Shown: in pieces, positions 1-10,165 of the stretch
How positions within the stretch are numbered: position 1 is the stretch's first letter
How the letters are laid out: every line of letters begins with the position of its first letter
NCBI GenBank assembly: GCA_044222185.1
Contig: JBGANV010000008.1
Location: 64,001 to 128,000, forward strand
From: Planctomycetota bacterium
GTDB lineage: Bacteria; Planctomycetota; GCA-002687715; CAIWVZ01
Direction: 5' to 3'
DNA: 64,000 nt
Translations under genes and position numbers: made by a program
Notes under the pieces: generated by a model
What the model was told of the DNA's origin: nothing
Seen by the model: only the letters and a program-made list of their open reading frames with translations
Databases searched by the model: none

Positions 1-651
1 GGAACCTTTCGGCTTACGGAACATCGAGAGAGACTCCTCGTTTGGCAGACGCTTGGTCTGCCGGCGGGCATGGGCTCGTGGTCGCATCCCGACAGCAACG
101 CGTGTGCCCGCGACTCGCGCCCTGCGGCTCGCCACCAGCTCCGCGCCCTGCGACCGTTCCCAACCGGCCGATCGCCTGTCCTGAGCGCGATTTCCAGCGG
201 CGGTCGAGGCTCGCTCCTCCGCCGAGAGAAGCTGCTCCGCGGGCCCCTTCCGCGGGTTGCGCGGACGTAACTGTCAACCCGCAGGGCCGACTGTGCGATT
301 GCTTGACAGCGCGCAGAGCTCGCGGGCGTTGATACAGGTGCACTTGGCGAAGCGCGTCCGTTTCGGGGTTCTGCGACAGTGGACAAGGCCGGCTGCGTCG
401 ATGAGAATCCGTCACCCACCGGTGACGCATTGGACCTCGTCGACACCGAGCGACCCGCGGAATGGAGGTCGCCAGACCACGGAATCGCCGCGGAACCGAT
501 GAGGCCGCAGAGGCGCGGCGCGGCAGGAACGGACTTTGCGAGCGGCACGGCGCGGTCTTCGGTGGACGTGACGGTCACGAGCCGAGCATCGCGCGCCCGA
601 GCCGATGGCCGGCCGCGTGACGACCGATCCGGACTGGAAATGGAGATAGGA

Positions 652-2076
652 ATGAAGAAGGCGCATTGGTTGGGAATCGCGGCGGTCGGCCTGTTCCTCG
701 GAGCGGCGACGGCGTCGGCACAGGAGACCGAGAAGTCGGTCGAAGGGCGACTGCTCGACATCCTGAAATCGCGAGGCGTCATCTCGGAGACCGAGTACGG
801 AGAGCTCCGCGGCCTCGAAGCCGACATGCGTCGTCGCGACGACGTCGAGCAGGCGGTCGATTCGCGCGTCAACGAGCTCGTCTCACGCATGGCGCAAGAC
901 GCGCCGAAGACGTCCTACAAGCCCGGCATGGGCATGAGCTGGGCGACCGCGGACGGCAAGTTCCTCCTCACGCTCGGCGGCCGAATCCAGGTGCGCTACA
1001 CGCACGACTTCTTCGAAGACGAGAACGGCAATCAGAACGACCGTGATCGCCAGGACTTCAACGCCCAACGTGTGCGGATCTACATGAAGGGCTTCGCGTA
1101 CGACCCGCATCTGAAGTACGAGATCCAGTTCGACGTGGCGGGTGACACGTCACGCCCGTTCGACTCGGCAGGCACGGGCGTTTCCAGCGGGAACACGTCG
1201 AGCAACCGCCTGACGGAACTGAAGGACGCCTACGTCGACTGGCAGGTCACGGAGGACACGCTCCTCAACGTGAAGGCCGGACATTACAAGGTCCCCTACT
1301 CGCGGCAGCAGCTCACGTCCGCGTTCAAGCAGGAGTTCGTCGACCGCGCACCGACGGATGCCGTCTTCGCGCCCGGCCGCTCCTACGGACTGAGCTTTTG
1401 GGGCAAGCTCGGCGGCGAGAAGAAGGACATGTTCGAGTACAACCTGGGCCTGTTCGACGGCCCGGGGGTCGTGGGCATCGTCGAGGGTGAGAACGTCAAC
1501 AACAACGACGACGGACTCCTCTACGTGGGCCGGATGGCGATCAACCCGTTCGGCGCCGTGCCGTACGCCGAAGGCGACCTCCGCCCGGCCGAGGCGCGCC
1601 ATGCGTTCCTCCTCGCCCTCGGCGTGAACGCCTGGTACCACCAGGACAACAACCGCAGCGCGACGCTGAACAACTTCGACGACTGGTCCATCGGCGCCGA
1701 CCTCACCATGATGTGGGAGGGCTTCTTCGCGACGGCCGAGCTGCATTACCGCGACGACTCGCAGCCGACGTCGCGCGACGATGCGAGCGTCCTCGGTTGG
1801 ACCGCGCAGCTCGGGTACATGATCGTGCCCGAGCGATTCGAAGTGGGACTCCGCTACTCCGAAGTCGATTGGGATGACACGACGACCGTGGCTCCGGCGA
1901 CCATTCCGACGGATGCCGCACGTCGCGAGTACCTGATCGTCCTCGGGTACTTCTGGTTCGAGCACAGCATGAAGATGCAGATGGATTTCGGCCGCGCGGA
2001 GAACCACATCCTCGCCGGTTCGGCGTCCAACGTGGACGAATGGCGTCTGCGCCTGCAATTCACGCTGCAGTTCTGA
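652..2076 (+). CDS. Outer-membrane porin, OprO/OprP (phosphate-selective porin)-like
   Basis: Sec signal MKKAHWLGIAAVGLFLGAATASAQ after GGAG; motifs GGRIQVRY, RVRIYMKG, LKDAYVD, GHYKVPYSR and EFVDRA; amphipathic strands ending LQFTLQF (C-terminal Phe beta-signal). Confidence 0.8.
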   Translation: MKKAHWLGIAAVGLFLGAATASAQETEKSVEGRLLDILKSRGVISETEYGELRGLEADMRRRDDVEQAVDSRVNELVSRMAQDAPKTSYKPGMGMSWATADGKFLLTLGGRIQVRYTHDFFEDENGNQNDRDRQDFNAQRVRIYMKGFAYDPHLKYEIQFDVAGDTSRPFDSAGTGVSSGNTSSNRLTELKDAYVDWQVTEDTLLNVKAGHYKVPYSRQQLTSAFKQEFVDRAPTDAVFAPGRSYGLSFWGKLGGEKKDMFEYNLGLFDGPGVVGIVEGENVNNNDDGLLYVGRMAINPFGAVPYAEGDLRPAEARHAFLLALGVNAWYHQDNNRSATLNNFDDWSIGADLTMMWEGFFATAELHYRDDSQPTSRDDASVLGWTAQLGYMIVPERFEVGLRYSEVDWDDTTTVAPATIPTDAARREYLIVLGYFWFEHSMKMQMDFGRAENHILAGSASNVDEWRLRLQFTLQF

Positions 2077-2124
2077 GTCGAGGCCGGCGCGTTCGTGCTC
2101 CAGAACTCGAAGAGCGATCCCGTC

Positions 2125-3480
2125 ATGACCATGCCCAAGCGCGCGACGTTCGCCCTCGCGGTCTGTGTTGCAGCCACGTTCGCCTGGTTCGCGTGCTCGT
2201 CGGCCGAGTCGGCGCATCAGGATCCCGGCGAGCTGCGCGCGTTCGCGTTCGCGCCGGGCTACGTCGGGTCGGACGCGTGCGCGTCCTGCCACGAAGACGC
2301 CTATCGGGCATGGAAGGGTTCTCTTCACTCGAGGATGGAGCAGCAGGCCTCGCCGCAGACCGTGCGCGGAAACTTCACGACTGAAGGCGTCGTCGTGAAC
2401 GCCGAGGTGCCTGGCCGCCGCATCGTGATGAAGCGGAGCGGGGATCGGTTCCTCGTGGAGGCGCCCGATTCCGACGGCAGGCAGCAGACCTTCGTCGTCG
2501 ACCGCACCGTCGGCAATCGCTACAAGCAGCGCTATCTGACCAAGCGGCCGGACGGGTCCTGGGCGGCCCTTCCGATCCAGTGGCTCGAGAAGGACCACAA
2601 GTTCGTCGAGTGGATGAAGAAGGCGTCGACAGAACCCGGCAAGGGCGACTTCTGGCTCGACGCGCCGTGGGGCTGGCAGGTGAAGTGCGCCGGCTGCCAC
2701 ACGACGGGTCTCGATCTCGGATTCGATGCGACGACGAAGACGTGGAACACACAGTGGCGCGAACTCGCCATCGGTTGCGAATCGTGCCACGGCCCGGGCC
2801 TGGTCCACGCGACGGCGAAGGGCGGCAAGGACAACATCCTCTGCCCGAGTCGCATGTCGCGCGACCAGCAGCTCGACACCTGCGGCAGGTGCCACTCCCG
2901 CGGAACGGCGACCCCCGAGCAGGGCTCACCCGCCGGCCTCCCCGGCAAGATCGCCTACCCCTACGACATGCTCCCCGGCGACCCGCTCGATGCGCACTTC
3001 ACGCAGGTGACGCTCGAGAAGAACCCCGTCGAGTTCCACAAGGACGGAGCGTCGTTCAATCATCACCAGCAGCTCACCGACTACCGCAAATCCGGCATGT
3101 TCCTGCACGGAGGAGAGAAGGCCCCGCACTGCACGACCTGCCACGATCCGCATCGCGCGGATGCGTTGAAGCAGCCCGTCGAGAACAACGCCCTGTGCAT
3201 CTCGTGCCACGAGGATCTCGCGGGTGCGGCCGAGCTCACGAAGCACACGGGGCACGGCGGTGACCCGATCGCGAACCCTGGTGCACGTTGCGTCGAGTGC
3301 CACATGCCGCGGATCGTCAATCACGCCGGGAGCGAGAAGCTCCGCTCCCACACCTTCTGGTCGCCCAATCCGCGCAAGGCCAGGGACACGGACACCCCGG
3401 ACACCTGCGTCCTGTGCCACGAGGATCGCGATCGTGCGTGGGCGATCGAGACGGCAGCGAAAATCTGGCCGCCCAAGTGA
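2125..3480 (+). CDS. Multiheme (8 x CxxCH) c-type cytochrome, possible lipoprotein
   Basis: Eight heme motifs: CASCH, CAGCH, CESCH, CGRCH, CTTCH, CISCH, CVECH, CVLCH. N-terminal signal with WFAC|SS lipobox-like site. Start could be 2125 or 2131. Confidence 0.85.
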   Translation: MTMPKRATFALAVCVAATFAWFACSSAESAHQDPGELRAFAFAPGYVGSDACASCHEDAYRAWKGSLHSRMEQQASPQTVRGNFTTEGVVVNAEVPGRRIVMKRSGDRFLVEAPDSDGRQQTFVVDRTVGNRYKQRYLTKRPDGSWAALPIQWLEKDHKFVEWMKKASTEPGKGDFWLDAPWGWQVKCAGCHTTGLDLGFDATTKTWNTQWRELAIGCESCHGPGLVHATAKGGKDNILCPSRMSRDQQLDTCGRCHSRGTATPEQGSPAGLPGKIAYPYDMLPGDPLDAHFTQVTLEKNPVEFHKDGASFNHHQQLTDYRKSGMFLHGGEKAPHCTTCHDPHRADALKQPVENNALCISCHEDLAGAAELTKHTGHGGDPIANPGARCVECHMPRIVNHAGSEKLRSHTFWSPNPRKARDTDTPDTCVLCHEDRDRAWAIETAAKIWPPK

Positions 3481-3504
3481 CCCTGACTGGCGTCGCGCCT
3501 GCCG

Positions 3505-5160
3505 TCAACGAACGGGTGGCGCCGGAACCATCTCGGAGAGTGCAATCTCCGACACGGTGACGAAGCCCCACCGGTCGGCCGACGCGTCGACGACGAACAG
3601 CCGCAGCGCCTGCCCGCGAAACCGCGCCGTGTTCCAGCGCACACGAACGTCGACGTCGTTGTTCGACGGCCCGCTGACCGCCTCGATCACCCGCCCGAAC
3701 GCTCCGGCCTTCAGCGCCGAGTGGAACCCACCGAGATCGTTCGGAGCTGGGGCCGGTGGGTGATCCGCCAGCGTGAGCACGACCTCCCCGGTACCTCCGT
3801 GCAGTGTGAACTCGACGGCACCATCGTCGCCCGGGGTGAACGTCGTCCACATCGCAACTCGATCCTTGTCGCCGCCGCCGAAGGTCGAGACGTGGGGCAC
3901 GCCCGCGCGCTCGAACCGCCGCGGTTTGTCGCCCACGGTCGTCCAGCCCTCCGCACCCGGGATCGTCCGGCGGACCTTCACCGTGCGCGGTGCGAGACGC
4001 GACGGATACCCGATGTCGGAGTGCATGACGACGACCTGATAGGGATTCCAGGTCGACAGCGTGTAGTGCAGCGTGCAGCGGTTGGCGTCTCCGCGCGTGA
4101 AACGGTCCACGAGGAACGGGCCATATTCACCGCCCCAGGTGTCCTCGCGGCCCGGGTCACTGAATCCGTCACGCCGACTCGCCTTCCACGACACATGGAG
4201 GAAGTTCGCGTAGCCCGCATCGGTCCACGGATCGAAGAGGATGCGCGCGGGTGACCACGGCCCCCACGCCTCCTTCGCCGTCCGCATGACGATGCCTCGC
4301 GGCGCGGACGAGTTGTAGAGCATCACCCACCGTGCGAGGGGCTCGACCCACGTCACGCTGATCTCACCGACGACGGGATGATCGAACAGGACCGAGGACT
4401 CGGACTCGTTTCGTCCCCACACGGGGTGCCCGTCCTCCATCCCGTTGAAGTACCGCGTCGACTGCCCCTGGGCGAAGTCGCCAGCCGAGATCACGGCCAG
4501 CCGGGGGCTCGACGCCCTGTATTTCCCGCTTCCGAACACGAAGACCGGATCCGGGATCGGAACGTGCTTCGAAGGCGGACCCGTCCGCCTCACGAGTGCG
4601 ACGTTGACGAAGTGGCGCGCGCTGAACTCGCGGCAGCGAGCGAAAGTCCGCCCGTCGTCGTCCGACACGGCAAGCACCGAACGCCCCATGGTGACCGCCG
4701 GCGTGTGACCCGTGGTGAACACGACGTACATGCGCGACCCCAACGAGATCCCGTGTGAGGGAACCTCGAACTCGCCCAGCGAAACGCCGGGGACCGATAG
4801 CGGAACGAACTGCCGCTGCCCGTCGACGTGAAACGACAGCTCGAGCGACGCGGGATCCCGGCCCTGAGTCCACGCCAGTACGTCAGCTCCGGGCACGCCG
4901 CCCACGCTGTCGCCGAAGAGGAACACGAGCCTGCCGTTGTGCTCGAACGAGCTCCCGAGGTCGGTGGCACGGAGACCCGCACGACTGGCCGTCCGGCCCA
5001 AGACCGGGATCCGCCGGGTTGCGTCCACGTCGCCCGTCAGCTGCACGAGCTTGCCCGTCGATCCGACGATCGGCACTGGCTCGTCGTCGCCTGCCTGCGC
5101 GCGCACGCCCGCGCAACCGAGGACGGCGACGAGCGTGATCGAAACGACGCGAGCGATCAT
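3505..5160 (-). CDS. Secreted DUF4185-domain protein (GH183-like glycoside hydrolase) with C-terminal extra domain
   Basis: Signal peptide MIARVVSITLVAVLGCAGVRAQ; motifs ATDLG, LFGDS, GEISV, GPWS, GGEYGP and STWNPYQV. Confidence 0.75.
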   Translation of the reverse strand: MIARVVSITLVAVLGCAGVRAQAGDDEPVPIVGSTGKLVQLTGDVDATRRIPVLGRTASRAGLRATDLGSSFEHNGRLVFLFGDSVGGVPGADVLAWTQGRDPASLELSFHVDGQRQFVPLSVPGVSLGEFEVPSHGISLGSRMYVVFTTGHTPAVTMGRSVLAVSDDDGRTFARCREFSARHFVNVALVRRTGPPSKHVPIPDPVFVFGSGKYRASSPRLAVISAGDFAQGQSTRYFNGMEDGHPVWGRNESESSVLFDHPVVGEISVTWVEPLARWVMLYNSSAPRGIVMRTAKEAWGPWSPARILFDPWTDAGYANFLHVSWKASRRDGFSDPGREDTWGGEYGPFLVDRFTRGDANRCTLHYTLSTWNPYQVVVMHSDIGYPSRLAPRTVKVRRTIPGAEGWTTVGDKPRRFERAGVPHVSTFGGGDKDRVAMWTTFTPGDDGAVEFTLHGGTGEVVLTLADHPPAPAPNDLGGFHSALKAGAFGRVIEAVSGPSNNDVDVRVRWNTARFRGQALRLFVVDASADRWGFVTVSEIALSEMVPAPPVR

Positions 5161-5558
5161 CAGGCACGCAGCATACCCGCTGCAGTCAGGCGCCAGCGCT
5201 CCCGTCGCGCCGGAGGACGCGAGCTGGCCACCCGCGCCGCCGCGGTCGTGGTCCAACACCGACACCTTGGACGCCCGCCACCACATCCCTGCGCCAGGCG
5301 CCGTCGCCACCCGCGGCACCCCGAAATCCCGCGGGGTCGCCGAGCGCGCCGTCGCATCGCGTGGCTCGAAGCGCTCCTGGCGGAGTCGGCGCGCAACGGG
5401 GTTCGAATGCTCGATCGAAGATTCCCTCGTCATATGTAGGGGGACCTATGCGGCGATCCGTCGACGATCTGCCCGTCGAGTCCCACGCTCGCCGCTCGAC
5501 CTCCGCCACGGCTGCGACCGATCGGCCCGATCCGTCGCGGTTGACGCACCCGGCCGCG

Positions 5559-6545
5559 TCACCTTCCCTCTGGCGCAGCCCACTCCGCGAGTAGCGCCTG
5601 CGCGGCAGCCTTCGCCGATCCGCTCCGCGTGCCGATCCGCGGGTCCATCAGATCGACCTCGGCCCCCGCCTCCCTCGCGTCGAGCTTGGGAACGATCTCC
5701 GCGAGTGCGGAAGCGAGTTCGCGCGCCTTCTGTCTCCGGAGCCCGGCGATCGCCTGAACCCCGATCGACGGCTCTCCCGGCTCGGTCAGGAGAGCGAGCA
5801 TGCGCTTCTTCGCTGCGGGCGTGTCGATGCGCGACAGAGCGCGAACGGCGGAGATCCGAACGTACTCGTCCTTGGACGCGAGGAATGGCTCGAGCAACGG
5901 GAGGTCGGAGGCCGAGCCGAGATAGTAGAACGTCTCGAGGGCTGCGTGCTGGTTGAAGAACACGAGCGACGCGGGGCTGAGCGGGTCATCCTCGACGACC
6001 TTCGGCGGACCGTGCAAGTTGGCGCTCACGAGTTCGGCCATGAGAGCGGCATCGATGGCGCCGCCGTGGAGATTGCGGAAGATCGCCGCCTGCGTCCGCT
6101 CGTAGAGATCCCTGCCGACGAGCGCAAGCCCGGAGGAGTGCCGATAGCAGGCCCGGACGCGGCCTCCGTCGATGAGCGCGAAGCCGGTCGTCGGAGTCGC
6201 GATTTCGTACGAGCGACCGTCGGCGGAAAGTCTCACGAAGAGGTAGATCTCGACGCCCGGGCGGAATGCGATCGGGAGCCGCGGTTCGGCGTTCGACGAA
6301 TAGGACATCAGGCTCAGGAGGCAGAAGCCGTCGACGCTGAACACGGGCGGGACGTCTGCTCCGGCGATCGGACGGACGACGCGGAACACGGCGCTTCGCC
6401 GGCCGTCCTCCACCGACAGAACCCGCGCGAGGACGAACGCGTCCGCGTTCCTCACGACCTCTTCGTGCGTCGGCTCATTCCACGTCGTTCGGAGCGCCGG
6501 CGGCGGAGTCGAGAGCAGGAGAAGCATGAACCCGACCGCGATCAT
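5559..6545 (-). CDS. Secreted HEAT-repeat protein
   Basis: Hydrophobic N-terminus; HEAT-like segments (LPLLEPFLASKDEYVRISAVRALSRI); ATGA overlap with the upstream gene. Confidence 0.7.
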   Translation of the reverse strand: MIAVGFMLLLLSTPPPALRTTWNEPTHEEVVRNADAFVLARVLSVEDGRRSAVFRVVRPIAGADVPPVFSVDGFCLLSLMSYSSNAEPRLPIAFRPGVEIYLFVRLSADGRSYEIATPTTGFALIDGGRVRACYRHSSGLALVGRDLYERTQAAIFRNLHGGAIDAALMAELVSANLHGPPKVVEDDPLSPASLVFFNQHAALETFYYLGSASDLPLLEPFLASKDEYVRISAVRALSRIDTPAAKKRMLALLTEPGEPSIGVQAIAGLRRQKARELASALAEIVPKLDAREAGAEVDLMDPRIGTRSGSAKAAAQALLAEWAAPEGR

Positions 6546-9500
6546 CGCTGGCCTCCTTCGTCGGCGGCCACGAGGAGCGGATTCACGACCGCGAACACTC
6601 CCGTGAGCAATTCCGCGCCGCACCGGAGGGTGAAACGGCCGCCCAGTCGTTGCGCAGTCGCCCACGTGGACGCGTTCGGCTGCGTGATCTCGATCTCGGC
6701 GTCGTCGACGGCCAGCGCGATCGCGGCCACCGCGCCGCCGGACGTGAATCGCCTGGCCGAGACCTGCCAGACCGGGCTCCCCGCGGGCCCCACGTCCGTG
6801 TGGAATTCGAGCCACGTCACGGCATCGTCTCCGCCGTCGTCGATCACGAAGCGACGTGATCCGTCGGGAAAGCGACCAGGCCGAGGTTCGGCGCGAGGTT
6901 TCGCCGTCGCACCACTGCCCCACGTCGTTTGGGTCGGAATCGCCGCATCGGTGACGATCAGGCGCGCCTCGCGACGCGCCGGCGCGGTCGTGACGTCGAG
7001 CACGCGCGCCGCCCACTTCGCGTTCCCACCATCCTTCACGATCGCAGCGTGCAACGCCTGGGCGGCCTTGGCGGACACGGGCCCGAAGCGCGCGATCGCC
7101 AGCCTCGTGGCCACGAGGAGATCGCCATCCCACGGTGATCGAGCGTCGTCGCCCCGACCCGACAGCGGCGTCGGTGGCCGCCCGGCGATGAACGCGGGAA
7201 GCCGGTCCGCGACGACACCCGCGCGCGTGGCGTTGCGGCCTGCCGCGTCGAGGATCATCAGCGCCAGATTCGGGTCCTTCCACTCGAGCCAGGGCGCGGC
7301 GACCTCGAAGTACGCCGCCGGGACCGGTGTCTCGAGGGCTGATGCGCTCCACGCCGCGAGCAGCTTGTCGTCGCGCGTCGCTGCGGTCTTTGCGAACGCG
7401 ACGAGGTCGGCAAGTGCGGGCGCTCGGAGCGGGCGCCGTCGCGCGAACGACGCGCGCGCCGCGTCGTAGAACCACGGTTCCTCGACACCCAGCAGCGCGA
7501 GGCGCGACGGTTCGAACGCGGGTGGCGGCACCTCCATCCGCTCGAAGTGCGGGAGCACCTCGACGATGCTCCGCGAGAATGGGGACTCGAGGGCGGCGAG
7601 TCGGGCCTTGCCGATGGCAGGCGACCTCGGCGCGATCACTTCGAGGATCTGGCAGGCACGCGTCGCCTCATCTCCGCCCCGTTCCACGATCTCCTCGAGC
7701 GTTTCGACCCGCCGCGGAAACGACGGCATGGAGTCGAGCCTGGACACCGCCGTGGAACGGTCATCGGCGTCCTGGCTCGCAAGGAGCGTGCGCGTTTCCA
7801 CCACGGTCGCTTCGCCTGCGGGGTCCAGCCGTGAGACGACCTGGAAGAGCTCCCGGCGCGCCTGCCCGACCGCGCGCGCGATCTCCACGTGCAGCCGCGG
7901 GACCATGTCGCGGCCCGCGATCTGTTCGATGGCTTGGAGCGCCCGAGTCCCCGAGATGCGCGATGCGGACTCACGCGAGTCAGCCGCTGAGGGGGCCAGC
8001 AACGCAAGCTGCACGTCCCAGAGTGCGGGGACGGCGCTCATCGCCTTCCGGCCGAGCTCGCCCAGGACGTCGACGGTGGCTTCGTAGACGTTCTCGTTCG
8101 TCGTGCGCAGGTGAGCCGTGTAGAAGCGGATCAGCTCTTCGCCTTCGAGTCCCGCGCGGGGCGCCTTCCGCAGCGACTCGAGCGCGTCCGAGGAGATGAA
8201 CGGCTCCTTCAGTGACTCTTCGAGGACTTCGACCAGTGTCGCCTTCGGGACCCCCGTCGCGCGCAAGACGGGGATCCAGTCCGGATCCGGTCCATGTTTG
8301 CTGGTTCGCGCCAGCGCGAGGAACCCCTCCGCGAGCCTGGTCGACGGCTTCAGACCGTCGGTCACGTCGACGAGCACACGCGCGCAGAATCCCGCTCCCC
8401 ACTGCTCCGCGACGTCGCGCGCCGCCGCGAGGATCGCGTCTTCGAGCGATGCGTCGATCCGACCGCTCGCGACGAGCGCTCGCAAGGCCGTCCGCCGATC
8501 CCAGATGTCCGGCGCCGACAGAAGGCGCTTCATCAGTCCGACGTCGTCGAGGCGGGTCGGATCGATCGACACCAGCGCATCGAGGACGGGGAGCTTCGAG
8601 CTGTCGCGGCCGGGTGCGTGAAGGATGTCGGCGATCGCCTGCGCGTACGGCTTTGCCGCAATTCCCATCGCGCCGAGTGCCGCGAGCGTGGCCCCCGCCA
8701 CCTCCGGATCCGGGCTCGCGGCGTGTCGCGCCAGGAGTTCAGCCGCGGACGCGATGTCGACCTTCCCCTCGCCCCGCGCCATGCGCGACAGGAGAGAGGC
8801 GGCGTGACGCCGCGCTCCATCGGGCCCCATCTCGAGGGCGCGTTTCATGACTCCGACGGCGGACGCGGGAGGGTCGACCCATCGGAACTGCATCAGGGCC
8901 CAGAGCACGTTCACCAACGGCTCGCCCTCCTGCGCCGCCGCGGCAGCCACGAGAGCCGGCACGGCCCGCGAGGCATCGTCGCCAAGCCACCCGATCGCGA
9001 CCGCCGCGTTCCAGCACGCGCCGGGATCCCGGCCCCGCACGATCTGCGAGAGCTTGCCGAGAACCGATGGCACGACCTCCCGGCGGACCTTCTGCCAGTC
9101 GTCCTCCGTGATCGCGACCTTCGTCGTGGACTTCTCGCCCCCATCTTCGGAGGCCGACAGCGCAAGCCCGTTCAAGATGTCGGCGATCGCACCCGTGACC
9201 TCCTCCGCGAAGGCGCCTCCGTTGGGTTCGAGCGCGAGCGCGAGTGCGTCGAGCGCGCCGCGCCCGATGCCACGCAGTCGTCGCAGGGCGATCGCCGCGT
9301 TGGTACGCGTCGTCAAGTCCTCGCCTGGGTTCGAGACGATGGCCGCAAGCATCGGGACGAGCCCGCCGGCTTCACGGCCGAAGGAGCCGACGTCCCGCAC
9401 CGCCTCCGCCCTCACCGGTCCGCTCGGATCGGAGAGCGCATCGCGGATCCGCGGGAGAAGCGCCTCCGTCACCACGGTGCGCGCTCGCTCCAGCGGGGCG

Positions 9501-9844
9501 CCGTTTTCGTCGCTCGCCGTGCCGCCGGTCGCCACATGAGCGTCGAGGCGCTCACGCGTGCCGAGCACGAGCGCACTTGCACCGCGGGCCCGCCACGGCC
9601 AGGCCTCGTCCCGCGGTGGCGCGAGGACTGCCGCGAGCTGCCGAGCGGCCTCGATCGCGAGATCCTGGCGCGCATGCAGCGCGCGGCAACCCGCCTCGCG
9701 CGTTGCCGGATCCGCCGAATCGACGTCCGCCAGGATGCGATCGAGAGAAACGGGCTTCGTGTCCTGAGCGCGGATGGCCCACGCGCAGCACGCGAACATG
9801 AGTATCGCCAACGACGACCTGGGCCATGCAGGGTTCGTGCTCAC
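6542..9844 (-). CDS. Large secreted HEAT-repeat protein
   Basis: Signal ending AIRA|QD; many HEAT repeats (e.g. ALSDPSGPVRAEAVRDVG, AVPALVAA); GTG start 7 nt below a TAGGAT -10-like box. Alternative ATG at 9799. Confidence 0.7.
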   Translation of the reverse strand: MSTNPAWPRSSLAILMFACCAWAIRAQDTKPVSLDRILADVDSADPATREAGCRALHARQDLAIEAARQLAAVLAPPRDEAWPWRARGASALVLGTRERLDAHVATGGTASDENGAPLERARTVVTEALLPRIRDALSDPSGPVRAEAVRDVGSFGREAGGLVPMLAAIVSNPGEDLTTRTNAAIALRRLRGIGRGALDALALALEPNGGAFAEEVTGAIADILNGLALSASEDGGEKSTTKVAITEDDWQKVRREVVPSVLGKLSQIVRGRDPGACWNAAVAIGWLGDDASRAVPALVAAAAAQEGEPLVNVLWALMQFRWVDPPASAVGVMKRALEMGPDGARRHAASLLSRMARGEGKVDIASAAELLARHAASPDPEVAGATLAALGAMGIAAKPYAQAIADILHAPGRDSSKLPVLDALVSIDPTRLDDVGLMKRLLSAPDIWDRRTALRALVASGRIDASLEDAILAAARDVAEQWGAGFCARVLVDVTDGLKPSTRLAEGFLALARTSKHGPDPDWIPVLRATGVPKATLVEVLEESLKEPFISSDALESLRKAPRAGLEGEELIRFYTAHLRTTNENVYEATVDVLGELGRKAMSAVPALWDVQLALLAPSAADSRESASRISGTRALQAIEQIAGRDMVPRLHVEIARAVGQARRELFQVVSRLDPAGEATVVETRTLLASQDADDRSTAVSRLDSMPSFPRRVETLEEIVERGGDEATRACQILEVIAPRSPAIGKARLAALESPFSRSIVEVLPHFERMEVPPPAFEPSRLALLGVEEPWFYDAARASFARRRPLRAPALADLVAFAKTAATRDDKLLAAWSASALETPVPAAYFEVAAPWLEWKDPNLALMILDAAGRNATRAGVVADRLPAFIAGRPPTPLSGRGDDARSPWDGDLLVATRLAIARFGPVSAKAAQALHAAIVKDGGNAKWAARVLDVTTAPARREARLIVTDAAIPTQTTWGSGATAKPRAEPRPGRFPDGSRRFVIDDGGDDAVTWLEFHTDVGPAGSPVWQVSARRFTSGGAVAAIALAVDDAEIEITQPNASTWATAQRLGGRFTLRCGAELLTGVFAVVNPLLVAADEGGQR

Positions 9845-9894
9845 GTGCGCGATCCTATCAGGCGCGGCCGGTCGCGGCTTCGGCGGCCTGCGGG

Positions 9895-10105
9895 TCGGTG
9901 CGAGCTCACCAACGTCGGTCTGATCCTCGAATGCGCTGCGGCGGTTCGGCGCCGGCAGGACCGGATGCCTCGGCGTCGCCTCGGTCGTCCGGCGGTCCGG
10001 CCGGTCGCGCCGTCGCTCGCGCGACGGGTCGACCGGCACGGAGCGCCGAGTCCACCGCCGTCTCGGCGGGGACTGGCGGAACCGCCGCGCGTCCGCGCGC
10101 GGGCC
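9895..10105. repeat. Head-to-head pair of two-hairpin REP-like elements (B-type minus, A-type plus)
   Basis: 9895-10037 matches 38173-38315; 10040-10102 matches 38090-38150, 38400-38460 and 40544-40604; stems visible by eye. Confidence 0.8.
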
Positions 10106-10165
10106 CACTCGCTTGCCTCGCGCTGCGGTGCGAGATCACCAGCAGCGGAAGCTCCGGCTGCGCCC

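Noticed and set aside
240-340. Hairpin (GCGGGTTG..CAACCCGC) and TTGACA upstream of the porin as a riboswitch, Pho box or promoter
   Set aside because: No riboswitch consensus recognised, no 11-bp-periodic Pho repeat, and no -10 box at proper spacing.
5300-5377. Possible further GGAGC-tagged element on the minus strand
   Set aside because: The first stem is degenerate and the linker does not match; it cannot be separated from GC-rich chance without a model.
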